DNA of 64,000 nucleotides from Eledone cirrhosa (GCA_964016885.1 OZ024747.1:58218001-58282000); one strand, 5' to 3'. Positions 45,451-59,820 are shown, counted from the first letter of the stretch. Program-made: numbers and translations. The notes: generated from the sequence alone by a model not told the origin.

Positions 45451-46125
45451 CTTAATATGACTAACTGTCTGTTTTCCAATAAGATTATATTACAACCTTG
45501 CGTTAGAATCAATGTATGCTATAACTGTGACTCATAGGAATTTCTTTTTTTTATTTTGCCCCGATGTCGTGTGTATGAAACGGGTGTATTACTCATCCGT
45601 TATTAACATAGCCTCTACGTGTTTGTTCCAGTGAACATGTTATGTAGTGAGTCATTAGAACATCTCAACAGGTTGTTCAAATCAAACTACTCTTGATGAT
45701 GTTGCTGTTGTAATTATTGTCAGGGTTGTAATCTGCGTTGCTACTGTTGTGGTTGTTTCTATTGTCGGCATTGAGTGTGACGATAAATTATGTTGCTTGT
45801 GTAATTGGGTATATCGTGTACTGGTTCTGTTATGTCCTGCCCTTCGCATGTCGTTTCGTAGAGGTGAAGAAGAGATGGGATTTAATAGCAAAATCTAATC
45901 AGTCATATATCCATTATAATTATCATATCCCACCAAACATACACATATATACAATTATTACTCTATACACCCCGTCAACATAACTACTGGCACAACACCA
46001 TTGGGGATGTATCACCACACATACTCACTCTCTCTCTCTTTCTCACTGACACACACATACTAACACACTCACACACTCATGCTCACACGCGCATATACAC
46101 GCACACGCCCCCCCCCACACATATA

Positions 46126-46169
<44 letters not shown>

Positions 46170-46227
46170 ATATTCATATATATATATATATATATTTGTG
46201 TGTGTGTAGAATAATGAAAAAGCACAG

Positions 46228-46262
<35 letters not shown>

Positions 46263-46440
46263 CATATATATATATAATATTAAGGATACTATTTATAGTT
46301 ATGTATATTTTAAACTTTTTATAGTTATATATATTTTAAACCATGAACAGGGAAGGTCAGTAATTTATTACTACCTTATTACCAGTAAGATAAATAACTC
46401 AATGTAATAACATCAGTTGTTCTACAGAGCAGTTATATAG

Positions 46441-47108
46441 AATTCACAAGAATCAAAGCTATGTTCATAGCATTTATTCACTTACAATTGTTTCATCCAA
46501 ACCTAGGCTTGATTCTTCGGAGCATTTTTCAATGTGTGTACATATAATTGACCTCCTATCCAACGCAAGAGACATACAGATACATATATATATATATATT
46601 GATGTACAGTGGAGTGACATATATTATACTATACTATATTTGTACAGCAATTCAAATTCAATATCAAAATCAAAATTAAAATTAAAATTAAAATACATTC
46701 GGCAGATAATATAGATAATGCAAGAGGATAGTTTGATAGTCTACTAGGTAGTGTATGCGTTAGTTACACATGGAGCATGCAAGTGTGTCTCATTCATATG
46801 TGACTCAACTATCCTCTTGCATTATCTGTGTTATCTGCCGAATGTATTTTAATTTTAATTTTAATTTTGATTTTAATTTTGATTTTGATTTTGAATTTGA
46901 ATTGTCGTACAAATATAGTATAGTATAATATATGTCACTCCACTGTACATTAATATATACATATGTATCTGTATGTCTCTTGCGTTGGATAGGAGGTCAA
47001 GTATATGTACAAACATTGAAAAATGCTCCGAAGACCCCAAGCCTAGGTTTGGATGAAACAATTGTAAGTGAATAAATGCTCTGAACATAGCTTTGATTCT
47101 TGTGAATT
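46441..47108. repeat. Imperfect palindrome (~295-bp arms, ~73-bp spacer), family E, with a variant HHR on each arm
   Basis: 46441-46733 is the inverse of 46807-47108. Motif tgct-CCGAAGA-..ccaagc-ctag-gtttgg..-GAAA-CAATTG-TA-agtg at 47024-47070 (+) and 46479-46524 (-). Confidence 0.85.
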
Positions 47109-47124
47109 ATATATATATATATAT

Positions 47125-47372
47125 ATAAGCAAAAGGGATATTCAATTATAACTGATTCGGAGCACTCGACAAGTTTTCTGGAGTATAATATTCAATGACA
47201 TTAAAGAAAAACTTGAACCATTAAGGTATCTTTTCTTGGTTATGTCAAAATTTATAAAACAAACTTTGTAATTTATCTGATGAAAGTGTACCAAAGTTTT
47301 GGTACCCTTGAAATATATATAATAGAATAAATATGGTTTTATAAATTTAGTTTCAATTTATTTAATATCATT
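47125..47372 (+). mobile_element. Family B HHR element (HHR 47269-47329)
   Basis: taatttat-CTGATGA-aagtGTACCAAA-g-TTTTGGTACcctt-GAAA-TATATA-TA-atagaata. Confidence 0.75.
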
Positions 47373-47551
47373 GTATATATATATATAAGGGAATATGTAA
47401 CCTGGTCAGATTTTCTTTAGGAAACCTGATACGGTGGTCACCTCCTACAGAAACTACTGGTCACACCATCAAATCTCGCTGCAACTATCTTTCCAAGAAC
47501 ACATTTATTTCTAACAATGTTATCAGCTCCACCACAACTAGATGGAATACT

Positions 47552-47633
<82 letters not shown>

Positions 47634-47638
<5 letters not shown>

Positions 47639-49334
47639 CACTAACTACATACTGAACGAAGGTGCCGTACAGTAGAGCTGAGGGTAAATTACAGTATTAC
47701 GGGTAGTAGTCAATTGGGTACATAGTCGTAATTTCAATCACATGGAACAAAACCAACAAAGATGAAGAACCCAAAAGCACATACTTCGTCCGTTCCCATG
47801 TCGATTCAATTTGGATTGCCTCGGAAACATAACCTTATTATGTAACAAGCTGTCTGACGATGTCGCGAGACTGGCGCACAGAACAGTGTGGCCACTTTCG
47901 CCATTGACATATATATCACAGCATTATTATTAAAGGACTTGAACATCTGAAACTACTTCGCTTTTCCTTATTCGATATTTACTCCGTCACTCCTATTTGG
48001 AATAAGTACGTTGAGTGCTTGATTTGAATTGCATCAATGTTTACCCTAAGAATTTAGCTCCAATTAGTTGAGCGCTCTACGATGTAACCGATATGGGGGA
48101 GAAGAGAGGAACCAACCATGAGCTACCCCTGGAAATTCCCTCTACCATGGGATGGAAACCCCGGACACTGGACGAACATAATAATAACTTTCGGCAGGTT
48201 AAATACGCGGAAACAAAGATAAACCCCTATTTTTCTGCACCAAATTGCATTTGAACAGAAGCCCCTTCAATTCAACCTATACATGGACAAATTGACAATA
48301 ATATGGATCATTTTGCATATATGTACTCTGTGTTTTTGCATTCATTCATTCATTCATTCATTCACTCATTGGTTCTTTTCTTTTGTGTACTTTATATATG
48401 TCTTTGTTGGTTTTGTTCCATGTGATGGAAATTACGACTTTGTACCCAATTGACTACTACCCGTAATACTGTACGGCACCATCGTTCAGTATGTAGTTAG
48501 TGTAACTGTAACATTAGGACCCCTTTCAGAACTTCTTACTTAAACATCTCTCTGCATATTATTTACTCACTTCAATCTATATTTTTTACTCAGCTCAAAT
48601 AGGATTCTCACTTGAAAAATCTTTAATTGTTTAATTTATATTTGTTAATTTTATAATTTATAATTTCTGATACCAGATTTAGGATTTTCGAATTTAAATT
48701 GTAATTTTTAGTTCTAATTTCACTTATAACTTCCTATATGAAACTATGATACATATAATTACAAATATATATTCTTAGGGGTTGATGGTCAGTTATTAGT
48801 GAGAGGTAGTATAGAGACCTGTAAATACTAACACTCTCCCATCCCCACTGGCTTTCGGCTGACTGCCACAGATGGGATGGGTAGCAGTAAACTATGGTGC
48901 CGGCTTGAATGGGTCATTGTCTGGCTGAGAGAGGGAACTGACTAAACGAATTTCGTTTAAATCTGCGGTAGCTAATGGTCAACTTCCACCTGGACCTGCG
49001 CCTGCGCAGACCAGTGAGGGTGAATTGGTACTCACAAGGGAACGGATGAAGAACCCAAAAGCACATACTTCGTCCGTTCCTATGTTGATTCAATTTGGAT
49101 TGCCTCGGAAACATAACCTTATTATGTAACAAGCTGTCTGACGATGTCGCGAGACTGGCGCACAGAACAGTGTGGCCACTTTCGCCATTGAAATATATAT
49201 CACAGCATTATTATTAAAGACCTTGAACATCTGAAACTACTTCGCTTTTCCTTATTCGATATTTACTCCGTCACTCCGAGGTGGAATAAGTGCGTTGAGT
49301 GCTTGATTTGAATTGCATCAATGTTTACCCTAAG
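47634..49334 (+). mobile_element. Retrozyme-like / non-autonomous PLE, family G: 290-bp HHR-containing direct repeats with 1284-bp period and a 5' inverted segment
   Basis: Direct repeats at 47761-48050 and 49045-49334. 47634-47762 is the inverse of 48401-48507. No long ORF. Flanked by TA tracts. Confidence 0.8.
49133..49206 (+). ncRNA. Type-I hammerhead ribozyme motif (the paralogue at 47849-47922 has GAAA>GACA)
   Basis: GCTGT-CTGACGA-[45-nt helix II]-GAAA-TATATA-TC-ACAGC. Confidence 0.78.
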
Positions 49335-49421
49335 TATATATATAACAAATGAATTGTGGTAAGGAACCAGGTGGATCATAACGCACCAAAGTCCTCAATA
49401 CTTAGGGTAGTAGAGTGGGAA

Positions 49422-49514
49422 ATAGGAAAAGGTATGACTCCGATGGCAGAGCTCAAGTCGTTTCGAAATAGCCGTCAAAACGGCTTCAGCTCTGCCGTCG
49501 GGGTCATACTTTTT

Positions 49515-49519
<5 letters not shown>
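49422..49519. repeat. Fold-back hairpin, ~45-bp arms
   Basis: ataggaaaaggtatgactccgatggcagagct... pairs with ...agctctgccgtcggggtcatactttttcctat. Confidence 0.85.
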
Positions 49520-49562
<43 letters not shown>

Positions 49563-49565
49563 CAG

Positions 49566-49779
49566 TCGATCGACTTTCGTAAAATAGGATCGTGGAAACA
49601 ATGTTTCCATTGGTCTTTCCAATTGCTAATACTATCTATCAGTTGCAACTGCAGGTAGAAGGAGCAGCGTAAAATAAAGTGTCTTTCTCAAGGACATAAC
49701 GCATCGCCCGGTTCGGGAATCGAACTCACAATCTCACCATTGTGAATCCAATTATCTAACCATCCAGCCACGCGCCTCC
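49566..49779 (-). mobile_element. tRNA-derived SINE, family 2 (other copies at ~55010-55135 +, 59480-59617 -, 63525-63708 -)
   Basis: Minus-strand head tggaggcgcgtggct..tggttaga..gagttcgattccc, then tgtccttgagaaagacacttta. Confidence 0.8.
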
Positions 49780-49841
49780 ACACACACACACACACACACA
49801 TACACACATACACACACACACACACATACACACACACACAG

Positions 49842-49913
<72 letters not shown>

Positions 49914-52399
49914 CATACGAAAATGAGAATGTTCATCGCTAGAACAGTCGTTAAAACAGCCGAATGTTGTCAACCACAGCGATGGGCAAAAATGACCCAG
50001 AGGACAGAATCCCACGGCCATTGGTCAACAAAGAGACAATCCGCTCCTCCCGTTTCAATAGCTAATACCACATATTAATTTTGAGAGAGAAGGCAATTCT
50101 ACCTAGGAGTTGTGTAAGGAGGATGAAGGTAGTTAGTGTCGGTAAGGCGCGCCAACTGCGTTAATAGGATTGTCTGAGAGTGGATTATACCTGTGACTCC
50201 GTCTGTCTAACTCTTACCTCTGGGCCACTTGATGTTATAAGCTCGCAAACATGACTGTCTAGTTGACATTCTGATCTGCTAGACAAAGGCGTTGTTCAGC
50301 TATGAACTGTCTACCCAGTGCCTAAGGTTCTAACCCGATAATCTTTTAATGTGCCAACTGCTCGTCAGAGAGATCTCGTTTTCGCCCCAGGACATTGCTA
50401 CGACTGTGGGTATGTCCCCGTTGTCTTAAGACTGCATTGATGCCCAAAGGCACTTATATTTGCTTTATTATTAATGACAGTAAAGTGTTTGTGTTTTTGA
50501 TTCATGTCTTTATTTCTCTTTCCTGCTACGTATTCTAAGTAAAGAAGCTTCTACGTTTGCTAGGTTTCTCGCCGAGCAACTGTAGATTATAAGTTATGAT
50601 AAAATTGTGAAAAATTCATGATTAATCTATACAATATTCCACTTCTTTTTGCGCATTTTTATATTGCAGTCTATGTTTAAAGAAATAAACGATCAATTTG
50701 TCTAACTTTATATTATGATAATTTCATACACATTTATGTAAGGAGAGCATATTAGTGACTTTAATATTCCCAGTGCAACTTAAAAGAGTTTGATGCATAA
50801 AGATTAAAGATTATATAAATTCATGCAAGATTTTAACGAACCGTTCAAAAATATCAATAAACGTCCTTAACTTTGCTTTATGTTTCGATGATTACAGGGT
50901 GTGATATTTTGGCTCCGTATTAGTGTTATTTATATACAAAAATTACCATTCTTCATATATTTCCTCTGATATAATGAGGCTATACCATTTATTATATGCT
51001 ATAAATTCATATCAATTTTTGGCTTTAGCTTCTTTATCTTGTTTCCTAAAACGTTAGATAATTTTCAAAGTTGTCAGACGATAACAAACTTTCTTTGCTC
51101 AGGATACTTTATGTTTGCTATTTTTATCATGACGTTTCATTTTTGTCTTGTTGTTGTTATATTTGAGTATCTCTCTTGAAGTTCTCGTGCTGTTAAAAAT
51201 GTTTTAGTTTCGATATGTAATGTTAGTAGTTCACATATATATACAGACACAAAGATACGCATAAATCTACAAAATATACACAGACTCAAAAATATCTACA
51301 AATACTCACACAAGCAGAGGCATATATTCATATTGAGAAATATTCAGTAATCATTTTTAAGACATCAAAGTATATCACAACCTTCAAACATTGAACCAAT
51401 TCTCTATTTTATCTGTTGGTGTTATATACTCTATGAGGGGGCTGCTGCATGCAGTGTGCAGGCTAACATTCGTGGTTTGAAATATATGGCATGAATGTTC
51501 TACTAAATATCCCGAATCAAATTTCAAGATTATATAGTTTTCTGCCCTTGTTTATGTTGAGAAATGTTCCACTTCAAAGATGATGCACTTTGGATCATCA
51601 TTAAACGCACGAAGCAGTTTTATATGTATTATTCTAAGATCTATTGCGTTTCAAGGACATTATTTGGGTGTATTTGAACCAAATTTCATGCAACTATGGT
51701 AATATAAATGATCATATAATTAAAATAGGTGAATGTATGTCTGCTTGATATGGCTGAGAACTAAGCTTTTAGAACACAGATTTTCGTACAAGGGCAAAAC
51801 CCATGTCCCCCTTCCATTTTATGATTCACGTATGTGATTAGGAAAAATAGAAAAGAGCCAAAGGCCGTTAGATTGAGCCAAGTAAACAATGGATTCATTA
51901 GTCGTTCCATTGCTGACACTATCCACATACCATGACGCCTGAGAAAATGAGAGCGAATTGTAATAAATTAATTAGCAATACCGGTATAACAAATTCAACA
52001 ATAGACTACATATCTTCTCTATGACTTTAACATTCTCTCAAATGATATGATTGGACGAATAGCTAATATAATCCATTCAAGAGAAATGGGGCATGTATAT
52101 TGGGAAAGATAAATATCTACATTATAATATTATCACTGATTCTTGTTTCTCTCCTCTTCGCTACTCATTTTTATTTCATACAACACTTGATTTTGTTGCA
52201 TTAATATTTAGAACCGTACTTGCGTTGTAGCGACTTCCATGATGCAACAACTTCCTATATCAGTAGTTTACAAAAGGCTGTCACGTAAACATGTCCAATT
52301 GTCCTCTATGGCATATGAATCTAACTAGTCTCTCCGTTCATCAAGTGCATCTCATAGATTTTTTCTAAACTTTAACAGAAAGGTCATTTATCTTTCAAA

Positions 52400-52640
52400 C
52401 ATTCCGTCTCCATATTTTCTTACGTATCTTGTTCCGTATAGTGTTAATTCTGATGTCAGTAATAACTGACTTGCGTTGGACGGTACATTCTTCTCCGGGG
52501 GAGGCCTTAGCATTTATACTGTCCGTCTGTCTCGTTGTCTTACAAGTAAGAAATCTATCTGGCTTGTGGTTTCAACTTTCTAATACGTGATTAGAGGGCT
52601 GGCCGATTTCCTAAAATTGTGTCGCAAATGTCTAGTTCAT
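52400..52640 (-). mobile_element. RTE-like APE endonuclease fragment
   Basis: The minus strand reads 'SQIDFLLVRQRDRR...PGEEC..Q'. Confidence 0.55.
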
Positions 52641-53313
52641 TTGCATCACAGAAACAATATATATTATAATTTGATCAATACAGATATGATTCATTTGTTT
52701 TAAATCTATTTTCTATGCTGGAAGTCACACTCTTTAACTGTGCATTGACGGGAATTATATGGGAATAAGATAATTGATAGATTTACGACTTTTAAACTAT
52801 TAAATATTAAATTATGCCTATTTGTTAATTTTTATTTTATTTTCCTTATTTAATTACTCTTTTTCAGCTATGAGTTATATAGTAACACGATATCAAGTGA
52901 TTTACGAGATCCTATCGACCGCAGCTCTTTTATCGATATCTACTTGACAAACCGCTATTAGTGAATCTTAAGAAGCAGTACAGGCTGTTCAACGTAAACG
53001 TAAACAACACATACACACACATACACACCCACAATCGCAAATACACACATTCACAAACACAAACTTCTGTTCTCAGTTGGCTTGACCCCGATAATATATC
53101 TTATCTCTTTCCCAGACACCTAGCATAGGCCTTACCAAGGAGGCTTGTCAAGAAGAACCATCTATATTTGGAGTAGTCTCACTTGTTTTCCTTTTTTGAA
53201 ATTTCAAATTATTTCTCATGATTGCCATTACTTTGGTGCTTTTCTAGAGATCCAGGTCTCTTAGCTCACAAGAGTCAGCCAGATCATATATTCACTATTT
53301 ATGTATTATTAAT

Positions 53314-53480
53314 AGGTGGATTGGCAGTATCGGTAGAGGGTCGGACGCCATGATTTGACGCATAGAGTTACGGCCCTTGCCATTCTCAGTTCAAATCCCG
53401 CTGAGGTTAACTTTACCTTTCATTCTTACGGGGTCGATAAAATAAAGTACCAGTAATTCACTGTGTAATTACTGGCCTTG
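53314..53480 (+). mobile_element. tRNA-derived SINE, family 1
   Basis: Matches the consensus. Confidence 0.88.
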
Positions 53481-53502
53481 TAATATGTAGGACCAAATTT
53501 AC

Positions 53503-53744
53503 CCTTCCGTGGCGTTCTTCTACATTTGAGCGCTTCAATTATGCTTGTGACCTCAGTCTCCGTGAGTTTAATTTTTCCCCTAAAGATTTGACTCAGACCG
53601 AGTAGCGAACCACTCGTTCCATCTTGCAAGAAAGTATCTTTCGTCAGAGAAGAGAACCCTAAATGTGTTTCTGCCAGTAAACCGGGTCGAGTATTTCGTA
53701 TTACAGAGTTGGCGAATTGTTTGCTAGAGTTCTTTTTTGCCGAT
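53503..53744 (-). CDS. Candidate internal coding exon (242 nt) of an unidentified host gene
   Basis: Polypyrimidine tract with tttctttAG acceptor and AAGG|GTAAAT donor. Exactly one frame is open (80 codons, SAKKNSS...RRTPRK). Non-repetitive. No protein family recognised. Confidence 0.4.
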
Positions 53745-54781
53745 CTAAAGAAAACACAGAGGTAAAGCAGTAACATAAACAAGCAGAATTACTTATATTA
53801 AATCAAAATCGTATACTGTTCTCCTCAGTGTTATTTAATAGACAGGAAACTCAAATTCTATTTCAATCTGAATACCAAAAACTTTCATCGCCGAACATAA
53901 AATAGCGAAAGCCTTTTACTGATGATTTTCCAATTCTTCAGTCCACCACTAGTCTGCCTGGTGTTTGTCTTTTATATTTTGCCATGTATCATCATAACAT
54001 GAAAATTGATTTCTAACATTAGGTGAAAGCCTTATATCTTCGGGTAGGGAGTAAAAGTTGTGAACTAATCATTATACAATTTGTCTGCTACTTTAATTGA
54101 TCGATCAAGAATAGATGAAATTGAATATTGATACTTGTGGAAATTGAACTCAGAATCAAAGGAAACATAGCTAGATACTAACAAGCAATGCTGCTCGTAG
54201 ACGTACAGCTGTTACCCTTACCACCCTAACACTGATACATTTAAAAGGAACAGATGCCTGTTATTTGGCAGCAATAGTAGAGTATAAAGGATTATTAAAG
54301 AATGTATTCTCGTCCGAGTGGAATGTGACTTCAGCTCAAATAAAGGTTGAATTTCTGTTTCATTCGTTTGGCTTGATGTAATATTTATCGGAATACAAAA
54401 GAAATCGATTTTTCAATTAATTATTTGTAACGTTCCATTACACTTAACGTGTCATTCGTTCATTACAAAATGTTTCCCTTACATAATATATTCGTGTAGC
54501 ATAACGAGACAAACAAAACCTATTTCTCATGATGCCAGTCACCAATTACAGCTGAAAATAAAATCGAAAAGAAATACTAAAATACAATCACGTGATAGTA
54601 AACATGGATCATTGTTTCGCCTTATTTGGACCTAATCACTGCTCAAACACACACACAAATATCAACGTGGGATTGTATCATTTCGAAATTAATAATGATT
54701 TCAAGTACTAGTGCCGTGATAATCAATTCTTTTAAACAACATTGGACATTACGTGTTTATTAATACATATGAAGGGGAGGG

Positions 54782-54995
54782 TGGTGGATTGGCCGCCTCA
54801 GTAGAGCATCGGACATCATGCTTTAGGGCATAGAGTTGCGGCTCTTTACGATCTGAATTCAAATCCTGCCGGGGCTAGCTTTGTATTTCATCCTTACAGG
54901 ATCGATAAAATATAGTACCCGTAATGCACTACGGTCAATTTAATCGACTTCCCTCTCCCCAGAAATTGTTGCCATTGAGCCTAAATCAGAAACCA
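54782..54995 (+). mobile_element. tRNA-derived SINE, family 1 (long variant)
   Basis: Matches the consensus, including the tcaatttaatcgac segment. Confidence 0.8.
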
Positions 54996-56054
54996 ATATA
55001 TATATAATGGGAGAATTGTACTTAAGTGACTGAGTTTTTAGATTCACAATCCTTAGATTCCCAGAGTGGTTGATGCAATGTGTCCTGGAGAAGGATACTT
55101 TATTCCATGTTTCTCCAATTCACGTAGCTGGAAAATATGAATTGAGACGAATTTGGTGCCAAGCTGTTTTGGACAGCATTGGTGGTCTTCCACAAAACAC
55201 GTTGTCAGGTTTTAAATTTTGGGGAGTCATTTTCTAGGTGTAAACACTCGTTCAGTTATGAATAAACAGACTTCTTTTGTACTTAACCAAATCTCTTCGG
55301 AGTGTATTGTTTGGATTTAGAGACCCGTAACTCCAGATGGAAACATAAGGTCGATGTTGTACCATGTTTTGGCACTTTAATTATGGCTGATTCTATCCCC
55401 TGTACAGCCGATTTTATGCAGAGAAAGATTAACCGTGTGAGAAAGGAATAAAGATGAAGAATCATTTCTAGTACTGAACTAGTTTTTCTGGACTTGAATG
55501 TATGACGGGCAAAGTTGACCTCACCAGATTTCGAACTCAGAGTAAAGAGAGCCCGAACGGATACACAACCAATTCACCGAATATATAATGCCATCTTGAA
55601 TACAGAATAAATAAGTGATGTCCAAGAATAGAATAACGATTATTATAGATTTCCTCTCTTAACAGTTCTATTAATCCTAATCACAAGTGTTATCGATATA
55701 TGAACCTCCCCAATATGAGTCGCATTACACATGCCTCAAGTAAATTCAGAGTTAGTCGATGGTCTGAATATAGGACAGGGAGCAGCAAGACTAGTTATTT
55801 ACAAGAAAATAGAATGGGTGTCGAAAATAGTTTTGACCACCCGGTTACTAAACGGACCGTGGGATGGATAGATACCCAACTGATAAATGAAATTCAACTT
55901 GTTTGTGTGTTTTTATTGGCAAATAGGACCCTCTAAAATTAAAACATTATCCATCCATCCATCTATCTAACTATTTACCCATATATTTACCTATCTATCT
56001 ATCTATATATCTATGTATCTACCCACCTACCTACCTATCCATCTCTTCTTCTTA

Positions 56055-56205
<151 letters not shown>

Positions 56206-56254
56206 TAAGGTACCTTACTTACTGTGGTTACCTCCGATTCAACCCGGAATAACG

Positions 56255-56285
<31 letters not shown>

Positions 56286-56294
56286 ATAGGAAAA

Positions 56295-56350
56295 GAGTAT
56301 TTTCATATTACCCACTCTACGGTAGTAGAGTGGGTAATAGGAAAATACTC
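56295..56350. repeat. Fold-back hairpin, 26-bp arms, 4-nt loop
   Basis: gagtattttcatattacccactctac-ggta-gtagagtgggtaataggaaaatactc, with one mismatch. Confidence 0.85.
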
Positions 56351-56877
56351 AGTATCGAGTATTCTGATGTGTTTTGGTTCACTTGGTTTGTTACCACACT
56401 TTCTTTGTTTAATATATATATATATATGTATACATATATATATATATATATATGTATACATATATATATATATATATGTATACATATATATATATATATA
56501 TGTATACATATATATATATATATGTATACATATATATATATACAAGTACTCAACCGCAGATAAGTCACTGTATGTGTGCGTGTGTCCAATATATTTTCAT
56601 TACTTCTTTTGTATCAATTATTGGTCTATTCGTTTTATATTCGTCACTCTCTCTCACTCTCACTCATTCTATGTATATCTCACCCTCTTCTGCAGTCACC
56701 CTATTTTCTTTCACTCGTATATTTTACTTTCTCTGTTCAATTTCAATCAACTTTTATGTCCTTTTTTCTCTTCATTTTAAATCTACATTCAGTAGCCTCG
56801 TATTTACATCCTCCATGTTCTCTAAGAAATTATTCACTTAACCCTCTCCCGCTTCCTCTCTCACCTTAAACTTCCTT

Positions 56878-56981
<104 letters not shown>

Positions 56982-56990
56982 GTCTCTCTC

Positions 56991-57025
<35 letters not shown>

Positions 57026-57804
57026 CTCTCTCTCTCTCTCACTCTCTCTCGACACTCCTATATGTATCTCAGTGCATCTCTCTCATCTTCAGTATCCTCG
57101 TGTTTACATCCTCCATGTTCTCTAAGTAATTATTCACTAACCCTCTCTCCTCTCACTTCCTCTCTCTCCTTATATCTCCTGTTTGCCCTCACTCTCTCGT
57201 CACTCCTATGTATATCTCAGTATATCTCTCTCAACTACAGGTTAAGTCCACCGCCCCACTATCAAGCTCCATTCCACCAAACCTCTTTTTAACGTTTCCC
57301 ACTTTACCAAATATGTTATGTCACTTCCATTCGTCTCTTCCTTTCGTGATGCCCTTTTCTCCTTTTCACAAAACCAAAACATCTCTCTCTCTCTTTCTCT
57401 TTCTTTATTTATCCATTTTTCTCTCTCAACATCTCTTTTTATTTTTATCTCTTTCTCTCCCTTTTCCTCTCACTTTCTCTTTCTCTCTCTCTCATTCTCT
57501 CTCTATTTCTCTCCCTATCCCTCTCTCTATTTCTCGCACTCGCTTATTCTCTTTGTTTCTCTCTATCTCTCTTTCTACCCCCCCCCCCCCCTCTCTACGT
57601 ATTTTACTCTAACTCTGTCTCTTTTTCAGTAATCTTTTTTCTCACTATTTCTTCAACACAACAATCCTTTCTTTCTCTTTACTCTATTTTTCTCTCTCAC
57701 TTTTTCATCTCTGCTCCTTTCACATTTAATCGAATTTCAATTTTTGTCCCATTTCTTCGGCTACAAAACACCATCACCACCACCACCTACAACAGCAACA
57801 AAAA

Positions 57805-57868
57805 CTACTACTACTATTACTACTACTACTACTACTACTAATACTACTACTACTACTACTTTTACTAT

Positions 57869-57927
<59 letters not shown>

Positions 57928-57928
57928 T

Positions 57929-57975
<47 letters not shown>
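57805..57975. repeat. (ACT)n microsatellite
   Basis: Directly visible. Confidence 0.95.
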
Positions 57976-58893
57976 TAAACAAACAACTAACCAGTAAATA
58001 TCCCGCAAAAGCTCTAAACTCCTTGATATAATAACTCTTAGATTTCCGATTCTTTACCCCTGCTTCAAACATATATATATTTGCCAAGGCTTCCTCAAAA
58101 AATGTCACAATATAAATCCAATCCAATTAATTTGCATTATTTAGATTCAAGTGTTTCACATTATTTTCATTCCACGTCTGGAATTCAACCTCAGAGAAAG
58201 AAGGAGAAGTGGAACAAAAGGTTGAAGGAGGGGGAGATGTGAGAGAAAGAGTACGAGAGAGAGGGAGAGAGGAATAGAGAGAGAGAGAGGGAAAGAAAGA
58301 GAGAGAGATGGGGGGGGGGGGCAAAACAAGGAAAGCATAACCTCATATTTATTTCAGTCACAATAGCCGGATAATATTTTAGTTGAATGGATGCGATTAA
58401 TTGGTTTTATATGAATATATTTATGAACAGATGTCGTCTGACAATATTCCAGCATACCAAAAGATCACTAGCGTTATGAAACAGATTAAGAAACAGATTA
58501 AGAATGATTTATAATATCCAGATTCTAACTCTATCTAATTCCGAAAGTTATCCGAGCAATATGTTGCCTCTTTTTGTACGCATTATTAATCACTGAATAT
58601 TATAACGTCTGCCCGACCAATCCGCAACAGGATATGGGATATATCCCCTTATTTCTCTCTATTTCTAATGTGTTCTACCCCAGAACTTAAATAAAACGAC
58701 TGAAGTCTTATACGTTAGAAGACAAATATTTATGTCCGGATATATATATAATTATATATATACATGTTAGCGTGTATCTATCCATAAGTATATAACTATA
58801 GGTACGGTTGTGCGATATGTGTGTGTACAGAGAGAGTGAGCGAGAGAGAGAGAGAGAGAGGGAGAGGGAGAGGGAGATAGGAAGAGAGAGAGA

Positions 58894-59009
<116 letters not shown>

Positions 59010-59637
59010 CTGCAAGAAGACTTGTGTGAATAAACCAGTTTATTGATAAAGGAAACTCACATTAATATCGATATATGTTTCAAAATACTAAAGATTTATT
59101 ACATTCACATGTGTGATATGAATCACTAAAAATCACACGTCTGAATTTGTTTCTTTCTGTTTTGTAATCGGAAATATCAATCAATGAGTGATATATTTAT
59201 TTTGAAGTCAGATTTTCGCAGCACTTTTACTAAATAGTGGTGGGTTTATATTCCTAATTCCTAGATTTTTATGGTAACGGGAATCTTTGAAGGTTCTCTG
59301 GCAAAGCTCTCATCTTGAGTAACTAACAAATATATATTTCTCATACAAACAATTCAATCGAGGGCCTTCGTGATTGAGTTCCACCATTTTCAGGTTTGGT
59401 TTTGGTCATGTCTGGGATGTAGCCATACTCACCACGATTCGCTAATTGTGGGTTGGTGAGGTTGTTTTACCCATCGCTGTGTAAACTCATTTCTACAGTT
59501 GAGTAAACCGGAGCAGAGTGTTTTGCTCAAGAACACAACGCAAATCCGGTCCGAGAATCGAACTCACAATCTCAGGATTGTAAACCGACTCTCTAACCGC
59601 TAAGCCATGTGCCTTCACAATACATGTGTAATATAGA

Positions 59638-59820
59638 AATAATTGTTTTTACTTTTTTGGCACAAGGCCAGCAATTATCCCAGTACATTACTGGTACTTT
59701 ATTTTATCGACCCCGTAAGGATGAAAGGCAAAGTTAATCTCGGCGGGAATTGAACTCAGATCGTAAAGGGACGTAACTATGCTGGAAAGCATAATCCAAC
59801 CTTCTACCGATACTGCCAAT
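59638..59820 (-). mobile_element. tRNA-derived SINE, family 1
   Basis: Matches the consensus. Confidence 0.9.

Noticed and set aside
57744-58031. Mucin-like poly-Thr ORF
   Set aside because: It is an (ACT)n microsatellite with no supporting gene structure.
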